In this document: positions 9,444-18,110 of the stretch, in pieces
Position numbering within the stretch: position 1 is the stretch's first letter
Layout of the letters: each line of letters opens with the position of its first letter
NCBI GenBank assembly: GCA_963664195.1
Contig: OY760907.1
Span: forward strand, 64,001-128,000
Origin: an uncultured candidate division Zixibacteria bacterium
Lineage (GTDB): Bacteria > Zixibacteria > MSB-5A5 > GN15 > FEB-12
Length of the DNA: 64,000 nucleotides
Reading direction: 5' to 3'
The notes under the pieces: model-generated
The model's database searches: none
What the model was told of the DNA's origin: nothing
What the model saw: the letters and a program-made list of their open reading frames with translations, nothing else
Translations under genes and position numbers: made by a program

Positions 9444-12400
9444 ATGAACAAACTCGCAAGATTTTCCGTGAATTACCCGACGACTGTCCTGATGGTCGTT
9501 CTGGCTATCCTCCTGCTGGGATACATCTCGTTTCAACGACTCGGCGTGGATCTTCTCCCCGACCTGAACAGTCCCCGGCTGTTTGTCGAAATCAAGGCCG
9601 GGGAACGTCCGCCGGCCGAGATGGAGGAGCAATTCGTTTCGGACATGGAAGCCCTCGCGGCTCGTGGCAGAGGTGTGGAAAACGTATCCTCAGTATCACG
9701 TGTCGGCAAGGCGCTAATCACGGTTGAGTACGGCTGGTCGGCAGATATGGACGAGGCGTTTCTCGATCTGCAGAAGTCAGTCGCAGACTTCTCTCAGAAT
9801 CGGGATGTCGACGAGGTCACGGTCAGTCAGCATGATCCCAACGCGGTGCCGATTGTAACGGCGGTTTTCTCCCATCCGGAAATCGACGATCTCGACAAGC
9901 TGCGCAAGACCGCCGAGAACATCATCCGCAACGAACTGATTCGCCTTCCCGGTGTGGCAGCGGTAGAACTCATCGGCGCTCGTGAGCGCGAAGTACAGGT
10001 TCGGACGGACGCCTATACGCTGGAGGCATACGGCCTGACGGTTGACCAACTGGCCTCGGCGATACAATCGTCCAACCGGAACATGTCGGGCGGATCGATT
10101 GTCGAAATGGGTCGACGGTACCTGATCCGCGGAGTCGGCGAGCTTACTTCCGAAGACGATCTGAACAACTTGATCGTGACCTACCGGGCACCAGCTTCGG
10201 CCGGTTCCGCTTCGACAGTCCGCACCTTCGAGCGCACACCGATTTATCTCCGAGAAGTGGCAGATGTCAGCTATGAGCTGGGCGACGCTGAGAACATTGT
10301 CCGGTATAACGGGCGGCGATGTATCGCTCTGGAGATATTTAAGGAAGCCAAATCAAACACCATCGATGCCGCACAAAGTGCCAAAGACCAGCTCGCTGAG
10401 TTAGGGCGCTCTCTGCCCGGCTATGATCTGCGAGTGATTCAGGACCAGGCGAAATTCATCGAGGCCGCCGTCACCGAAGTTGAGCAAACCGGCCTGATCG
10501 GAATCTTGCTCGCAGTCATCGTCCTATTTGTGTTTCTCAGGCGCATCGGCGTTACGGCAGTAATCAGCATTGCCATTCCGATATCAGTCGTCGCAACCTT
10601 CAACCTGATGTACTTCAACGATCTTTCGTTGAATATCATGACGCTGGGAGGTCTTGCTCTGGGAGCGGGTATGCTCGTGGACAATGCCATTGTAGTGATG
10701 GAGAACATTTTCCGTCATCTCGAAAAAGGCAAACCTATCCGCGAAGCGGCCGTCTATGGGGCAGGTGAGGTCGGCGGCGCAATCACGAGTTCCACGCTGA
10801 CAACGATCATCGTTTTCCTGCCGATCGTGTTTCTCGAGGGAGCCGCCAGTGAGTTATTCCGCGATCAGGCCTGGACGGTTGCCTATTCCCTGCTGTCGTC
10901 ACTATTCGTCGCACTGGCCGTCATCCCAATGCTCTGTTCGCGGTTGATCAAACACCGTGATGACGTGAAGACGTCAGCGAACACGATCACCTTTGCAGCC
11001 TACGGCGAGTTCGTTCGCAAACTGCTGAAACGTCGCGTCACCGTAGTGGCCGTCGGGTTGGTTATGGTAGCAGCCGCAGCGATTGCTGTGCCGTTCGTGG
11101 GCAGCGAGTTCATGCCGGAATCTGACCAGGGAGAACTGATCATACATCTCACCCTGCCGGAGGGAGCCAGCCTTGATCGCACCGAAGGAACGGTTCGTAA
11201 TCTCGAAGCGGTGATCATGGAGCAGTTCGGCGAAGCAGTGACTGACATCTACTCCAAAGTAGGCCCCTCGGAGACATCATCAATTGAAGACGACGCACTC
11301 ACGGACGAAAACAGCGCCGTGATGAATCTGATACTATCGCCGGACAAAAAGGAATCAGTGCCGCGCATCATTGCTGCACTGGACAAAGTACTCTCCGAAT
11401 TGCCGGACATTGACGCCCGCATATCTCTTCAGCAGACGGCTCTGCAAACGACGCTCGGGACAACCTCGGCTCCATTGGTTGTCGAAATCAAGGGTGCCGA
11501 TCTGGATATCCTCGCCAGTCTCGCCGACAGCGTCCAGAACCGCCTGGCACAAATGGCGGCATTGACGAATCTTGAAACGAGCTTCCAGGCCGGTCGGCCC
11601 GAAATCAATGTCGAAATAGACCGCACGGTAGCTGCACAGTTCTCTCTCACCGCCGATCAGATTGGGACGCAGATTCGCGACCTGCTGTCTGGTCGGGCGG
11701 CAGGTGAGCTTGAATTGCAGGGGGAATACTCGGCCATACAGATACGTCGCCCTGAAGTCTCCCTTACTGAGCTATCTGGGATCCTGCTCGAATCATCGTC
11801 AGGAGCAAGGGTCCGACTTGACGAGGTCGCCCGGTTGGTCCCGGCCGTGTCGAATCGGGAGATTCTCAGGGACAACCAGATCAGAGTGGCAAAAGTGTCG
11901 GCCCACCTGTCGGGCGATGAGCCGTTTGACAGAACCGCAGGCAAGGTCAAAGAGGCACTGTCGGAAATCCCGCTTCCGACTGAATACAAGTTTGAGGTAA
12001 CGGGCGAAGAGAAGCTGCGTGAGGATGCCTTCGGCAATCTCAAATTCGCACTACTGTTGGCCATCGTACTCGTGTACATGGTCATGGCCGCACAGTTCGA
12101 GTCACTGGTGCATCCGTTTGTGATTCTCCTGACGATTCCACTGGCTGTGGTTGGTGCCGTGTTCCTGCTGCTCATACTGGGAATGCCGTTCAACATCATG
12201 TCGTATATCGGCATCATCATGCTGGCGGGTATCGCAGTAAATGATTCGATCATCCTCGTGGATCGCATAAATCAGAACCGACGTGCCGGACAAAACGTCA
12301 CCGAGGCTGTGGTCAATGCCGGACAAACGCGCATTCGACCGATCATCATGACCTCAGTTACAACTATTCTCGCTTTGCTGCCACTGACCATCGGCATTGG

Positions 12401-12545
12401 TGAGGGAGCATCGTTACGTGCCCCGATGGCCGTAGCGGTAATCGGCGGGCTAATCAGTTCAACCTTACTCACGCTGATTGTCATTCCGGCAGTGTACAGC
12501 TTCATGTCTGGCAAGGTGCGTTCACAAGAGGAAACGGTCGGTTAG
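9444..12545 (+). CDS. RND efflux permease (AcrB/MdtB-like)
   Basis: 1033 aa; GMLVDNAIVVMENI (TM4), AAQFES, RIRPIIMT. Confidence 0.95.
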   Translation: MNKLARFSVNYPTTVLMVVLAILLLGYISFQRLGVDLLPDLNSPRLFVEIKAGERPPAEMEEQFVSDMEALAARGRGVENVSSVSRVGKALITVEYGWSADMDEAFLDLQKSVADFSQNRDVDEVTVSQHDPNAVPIVTAVFSHPEIDDLDKLRKTAENIIRNELIRLPGVAAVELIGAREREVQVRTDAYTLEAYGLTVDQLASAIQSSNRNMSGGSIVEMGRRYLIRGVGELTSEDDLNNLIVTYRAPASAGSASTVRTFERTPIYLREVADVSYELGDAENIVRYNGRRCIALEIFKEAKSNTIDAAQSAKDQLAELGRSLPGYDLRVIQDQAKFIEAAVTEVEQTGLIGILLAVIVLFVFLRRIGVTAVISIAIPISVVATFNLMYFNDLSLNIMTLGGLALGAGMLVDNAIVVMENIFRHLEKGKPIREAAVYGAGEVGGAITSSTLTTIIVFLPIVFLEGAASELFRDQAWTVAYSLLSSLFVALAVIPMLCSRLIKHRDDVKTSANTITFAAYGEFVRKLLKRRVTVVAVGLVMVAAAAIAVPFVGSEFMPESDQGELIIHLTLPEGASLDRTEGTVRNLEAVIMEQFGEAVTDIYSKVGPSETSSIEDDALTDENSAVMNLILSPDKKESVPRIIAALDKVLSELPDIDARISLQQTALQTTLGTTSAPLVVEIKGADLDILASLADSVQNRLAQMAALTNLETSFQAGRPEINVEIDRTVAAQFSLTADQIGTQIRDLLSGRAAGELELQGEYSAIQIRRPEVSLTELSGILLESSSGARVRLDEVARLVPAVSNREILRDNQIRVAKVSAHLSGDEPFDRTAGKVKEALSEIPLPTEYKFEVTGEEKLREDAFGNLKFALLLAIVLVYMVMAAQFESLVHPFVILLTIPLAVVGAVFLLLILGMPFNIMSYIGIIMLAGIAVNDSIILVDRINQNRRAGQNVTEAVVNAGQTRIRPIIMTSVTTILALLPLTIGIGEGASLRAPMAVAVIGGLISSTLLTLIVIPAVYSFMSGKVRSQEETVG

Positions 12546-12552
12546 CCGCACC

Positions 12553-15500
12553 ATGATCAAACACATTATTAACAGACCGGTTCTCGTTTCCATGTTCCTG
12601 ATCGGGCTATGCCTGCTCGGCGCCGTCTCCTACACCCGCTTGCCTGTAGAATTGATCCCAATGGCCGAATTGCCCATGCTGATCGTGCAGGTCGGGACGG
12701 TGCGCGATGCCGACCCGGAGTATGTCGAGCAGCAGTCGGTGATCCAGCTTGAAAGTGCCATAGCCGAACTTGAGGATATCGAGAAGATCGAGTCCTACGT
12801 CAATCGGCGACAGGCAACCATCGTTGTTTATTACCAGCAGGGCTCCGATCAGAAGTACGCCTACTTGAAACTGCAGGAACGGGTAGCTGCCGCGCAATCC
12901 TCGCTCGGCGACGGCTTTTTTGCGACCGTCTGGAAAATCGACACCGAGCAGTTATCGAACCAGTTCATGACTCTTCAAGCTCGCGGAGAGGGAACACTCG
13001 ATCAGATCCGCGAGGTCATTGACCAGAAAGTCACGCGCGAGCTGGAGGCGGTTGACGGTATCGCCAGCGTGCAGATATACGGAGGCCGCGAGCGTTCAAT
13101 CGAGGTCGTGCTTGACGAAGGCGCGATGCGATCTTACGGCATCACCGCCTCGCAGGTATCATCACGACTCTCGCAGAACAGCGGCTCACGACAGTATCTT
13201 GGACAGGTTATCGATGGTCGCCGTGAGCACTATGTCAACCTCATCTCGGAATATACTTCCACCGTCGATCTTGGTGAAACCATTGTGAAGGACGCCGGGC
13301 CGGTGTTGCTGAAACATATCGCAGAGATTGCCGACGGCGGCGCCGAGGAAACCACCATCGCCCGCATTAACGGGATGGAGGCAATCACCATTTCTCTCAT
13401 TCGAGACCAGCAGACCAATCTGCTCGATCTTTCGAAGGAGACTCGCGACGTACTTGAGCGTTTGAATCAGGAGATTGCCTCCGACGGCGTCACCCTGACA
13501 GTCCAGGACGACAGTGCCGAAGTGATTGAGAACAATATCGAAGTCATCAAGAAACTGGCGCTGATCGGCGGTTTGCTTGCTATCGTCATTCTGTGGATTT
13601 TCCTTCGCAACCTCCCGCTGGTGCTGATTGTGGCAGCCGCGATTCCTGTTTCAGTGATGATCGCGCTCAACGCCTTCTACGCTTTTGATATCAGCATCAA
13701 TACCCTGACACTCGTCGGCATGGCGATAGCGATAGGCATGTTGCTCGACAACAGCATCGTTGTGCTCGAGAATATCCATCGACAGATGGCCCGTGGAAAG
13801 GATGCCAGCGCTGCCGTAATATCCGGTACCAGTGAGGTTGGACGAGCGGTAGTTGCTGCCACGCTGACCACGGTGGCTGTGTTTGTACCGTTTGTGTTTT
13901 CGGACAACTTTCTTGTCCAGACGCTGGGGTGGCACATCGGTATTTCTATCGTGACGACGCTGCTTGTATCGCTGGCCGTTGCCCTCCTGCTGATTCCTGT
14001 CTTTTCCTATCGCATTCTGAAACGCCAGAAGAAAGCGATGTCGACGGTGTTCGAACAGGTGTCGCAGCGCAACCGGCTGATGCAGATATACACACTGCTG
14101 TTGAAATCATGTCTGAGATTCCCCGCTCGCACAGTCGTATTGGGCGTAGTGGCGTTTTTCGTCAGCATACTCGCCTGTCTGGCGGTAAGCGTCAACGCGC
14201 CCCAGGAAGTGGAGCTTGAGACGTTTGAATTGTACGCCACCATGCCATCCGGCACGACCCTCCAGACTGCAGACGAGCAGGTCAAGGAGATGGATGGCCG
14301 TCTGACGGACATTCCTGAGATTGACCAGCGGGTCGCCAACATCGAGGAAGACAACGTTGTCATAACATTCCACTTGAAAGATAAGTGGAACGACGACAGC
14401 AAGCGCAGTCTTGCCGAAATTAAGAACGACATCCTGGAAGTGCTCAACGCGGGTTACCCGCTGGTAAACTTCTCGTATCAACAGCCGGTATCCAACTCCA
14501 GGTATCGTGGCGGCGGGGGTGGCGGAGAAGGCATGGGCGGCGGCATGGGGCGCGCCTTTGGTCGCCTGCTGGGGATCGGTGCCTCGGAAGAACGGGTCGT
14601 TGTTCACGGGCAGGACCTGACCCTGCTTCGGGCAATCGCGGATGATATCCAGTTCAACATCGACAATCTCGAATCGGTCAGCAATTCGAGCGTCTCGGTC
14701 ACCGACCGGCAGCCGGGGATTGATCTACTGTTGGACCGTCCGGCAATTGGGCATTTCGATGTCTCCAACTCGGCAATCATGGCTGAGCTTTCGGGATTCC
14801 AGAAAGAACAACCATCAGGCGTCATCCTGAAACGTGGAGTGGAAGAAATCAGCATTCTCCTCAAGAGTGCCGACACGCTGGACCGGTCATCGGACGACCT
14901 CCGCGAACTGCAGATCCCGTCGACTTCTGGCGGTATGATTCCGCTGAGCCAGTTGGCCCCCATGGTGTACACTTCGGGGTATTCGAATATCAACCGGGTG
15001 AATCAAGAGAAGCAGGTCGAGGTTATTTTCCGGTTTGGGACTGATATTGAAGGATCCTCTGACCTTCTGAATCAGGCCCGCATGGAAGTGGACCAGATCG
15101 CTGCGAACATAACACCGCCTGCGGGCGTGGCGATTGAGGTTGTTCACGACGAGACGGATATGTCGGATTTCTATTTCCTGATATTCGCAGCTGTGTTGTT
15201 GATCTTCATGATCCTCGCATCAGTGTTTGAATCGCTGATTACACCGCTGGCAATGATGTTCACTCTGCCGCTGGCGACTATCGGCGCGTTCTGGGCGTTG
15301 ATCCTGACCGGGACTTCGGTTTTTAATGCCAATGCGATGATTGGCTTTTTGATTCTCCTTGGCGTGGTTGTTAACAACGGCATCATTCTGATAGACTACT
15401 CCAGATTATTGCGCAGTCGCAACTATCGCCCCTCTCGGGCGTTGCTCACTGCCGGTCAGGCACGCGTGCGACCAATTCTGATAACGGCTATCACGACCAT

Positions 15501-17268
15501 TCTGGCTATGCTTCCCCTTGCGATGGGCAAGGCTGAGTATGTTGCGACGATCGGGGCACCGTTTGCAATCACTGTGATCGGCGGACTTGTTGCCGGCACG
15601 CTATTCACGCTCATCCTTGTGCCTACCGTTTCCTTCGGCATGCAGAATGCGCTGAGATGGTGGCACCGATTGAACTGGAAGCTCAAGGCTGTTCAGTTTG
15701 CGGCCTTGATCGGCGGCGGCTGGCTGATCTATGACAGGATCGATTCGTTCACCTGGCAGGCAGTCAACGCTACCGCACTGTTCATGATTATTCCGGCGCT
15801 CACCTATCTCATACAGACGTCGCTCCGTCGGAGCAGCGCAACGCTGATTCCAAAAGGCGATGCGATTCGCATCGAAGTCCGCAATGTGGTCAAGCTCTAC
15901 AGTGATTTCTCACGCTTCACGCGTGAGTGGCGCAAAGCGGACCGCCAGAAAACACGGCAGAACGGCGGAACGGAGCCGACACGAGCGGCTCGACTGCACA
16001 ACTTGCTCTGGCAAATGCCGCTGTACGCGTTCCATTTTTACTTTGCCTACATCTATCTCGAAAGCGGCCTGTGGATATGTGTGTTCTCGATCGCCTTCTA
16101 TGCGTACACATTGAAACTGTTGAAACCCTTCCTGGTCGGCAATTCAATTCACAGGTGGAGTAAACTGCGCAGCGTTGGCTACAATCTGCTCTATTGGTTC
16201 GGACCGCTTGTCAATCTGGGCTTGTACTACTACCTGTGGGAAAGCATCGCGGGAGTCATTTTCATAGGGCTGTTCTGGTACTCGGTCGTGCTGGTGCACT
16301 ACGGGTCAAGAAGACTGTATCTCACCGGCATGGACCTCAACCGGCTGACCGGACGCTTCAAACGCACACGCAAAGGTTTCTATCGCCTGGTGCAAAAGAT
16401 CCCAGTGATCGGAAAACAGCGCGTTCCGTTTAAGGCACTGAACCAGGTTTCGCTCGAAATCGAAAGCGGCATGTTTGGATTGGTCGGCCCCAACGGCGCC
16501 GGCAAAACAACGCTCATGCGAGTCATCTGCGGCATCCTGGACCAAAGCCGGGGGACGGTTAAGATCAACGGCATCGACTTGAACGAAAAACGCGAAGAGC
16601 TGCAATCTTTGATCGGGTACCTTCCGCAGGAATTCGGCACGTACGAAAACATGACCGCCTATCAGTTCCTGGATTATCAGGCACTTCTCAAAGGTTTGTG
16701 GGATGACGGTGAGCGCAGGGAGATAGTCGAGCGCGCCATAGCTTCGGTGCACCTTGGCGAAAGCAGGGATATCAAGATCAAATCCTTCTCAGGCGGAATG
16801 CGCCAGCGAGTGGGCATAGCACAGACACTGCTTCATCTGCCCCGCATTCTCGTTGTCGATGAGCCAACCGCCGGACTCGATCCAAGAGAGCGGATCAAAT
16901 TCCGCAATCTGCTTTCACAGTTGGCGCGTGATCGCGTGGTGATCTTCTCGACTCACATTATCGAAGACATTTCCAGCTCGTGCAACCGTCTGGCAGTTCT
17001 CGGCGACGGTGTTGTCAAGTTTCTTGGCTCGCCGTCGGAGATGGTCGATCTCACTCGCGGCAACGTCTGGCAGGTGGATTGCAGTGAAGATCTTTTTGAG
17101 AAACTTCGCCAGAAGTTCACAGTCGTACATCACATGCGTACCGGCGACGATCTGAGAGTCAGACTGCTCTCGACCACTCCGCCGCTGCCGGACGCGATTT
17201 CGGCAACACCGACGCTCGAAGATTCTTACCTGTGGCTGCTCGACAGAAGGGGGCAGGCAAATGACTAG
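12553..17268 (+). CDS. RND permease fused to extra TM segments and a C-terminal ABC ATPase
   Basis: ATG 12553. RND motifs [28 protein letters not shown], then [29 protein letters not shown], STH in one open frame. Confidence 0.92.
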   Translation: [1571 protein letters not shown]

Positions 17269-18004
17269 TGCAACGACAACCCAGAAGCCAAAGACGGGTC
17301 TTTTCGGAAAGGTGCGTAGCATCTGCACTTTTGTGAAGTACAATGCGGTTAACGTTTTTGCGGGCAAATTCATCTACTTCATGCTTCTCGGCCTGGCCCT
17401 GTTTCTGATGACAGTCGTGATCTACGTGCTAAACGAAGAAGCCCCCCCGAGCGCCGAGGCAGTGTATTACTTCCTGCTGGTTCCGGGCGTGCTGTTGGTC
17501 TTCTATCCCTCGGTCTATTCGATACAGAGCGATGTCGACTCGCGCATGATTGAGACGCTGTTTGGTATTCCCGATTATCGCTACAAAGTCTGGCTGGTTA
17601 GAAATCTGACACAGTACCTGGTGATCGCCGGCTTGCTGACGGCGTTGGGATTGTTGAGTCAGTTGGCGCTAGCAAATTTCAGCATCGTGCCGATGGTCTT
17701 CCACCTGATGTTCCCGATCGTATTCCTGAGCAGCACCGCGTTCATGACCGCCACTCTGACGCGCAACGGCAACGGCACTGCGGTGGTGATGGTCCTGGTC
17801 ATTCTGTTCTTCTGGATTGCGGCAGAACCGCTCGATGGCAGCCGATGGAACCTGTTTCACAATCCGTTCGAGCTTGCCGACCAGCTTGACACGTTCCTGA
17901 TTGAGGAGACAACGTTGTACAACCGCATTTATCTTCTCGTGGGGTCGGCGCTGGCGATGCTGTTTGGGCTGCTGAGGCTTCAGAAGCGCGAGAAGTTTGT
18001 ATAG
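17261..18004 (+). CDS. ABC-2-type membrane permease (~6 TM)
   Basis: 247 aa, hydrophobic, 8-bp overlap with upstream gene; SDVDSRMIETLF resembles an ABC-2 coupling helix. Confidence 0.7.
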   Translation: MTSATTTQKPKTGLFGKVRSICTFVKYNAVNVFAGKFIYFMLLGLALFLMTVVIYVLNEEAPPSAEAVYYFLLVPGVLLVFYPSVYSIQSDVDSRMIETLFGIPDYRYKVWLVRNLTQYLVIAGLLTALGLLSQLALANFSIVPMVFHLMFPIVFLSSTAFMTATLTRNGNGTAVVMVLVILFFWIAAEPLDGSRWNLFHNPFELADQLDTFLIEETTLYNRIYLLVGSALAMLFGLLRLQKREKFV

Positions 18005-18052
18005 ACCTGTACTCCTTACGAGCTTATGCTACACGGTTCCCGAAAATACAGC

Positions 18053-18093
18053 GGCAAATGTTCGGTGCCCCGCAGCTTGCGGCGGGGTTTGCC
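18053..18093. repeat. Intergenic hairpin / REP-like palindrome between convergent genes
   Basis: GGCAAA...CCCCGCAGCTTGCGGCGGGG TTTGCC imperfect inverted repeat. Confidence 0.45.
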
Positions 18094-18110
18094 ACGGCTG
18101 GTCTCAGCCC

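Noticed and set aside
12478..12552. Upstream extension of the RND-ABC fusion ORF
   Set aside because: Overlaps the previous gene; RND-type N-terminus ([10 protein letters not shown]) starts at ATG 12553
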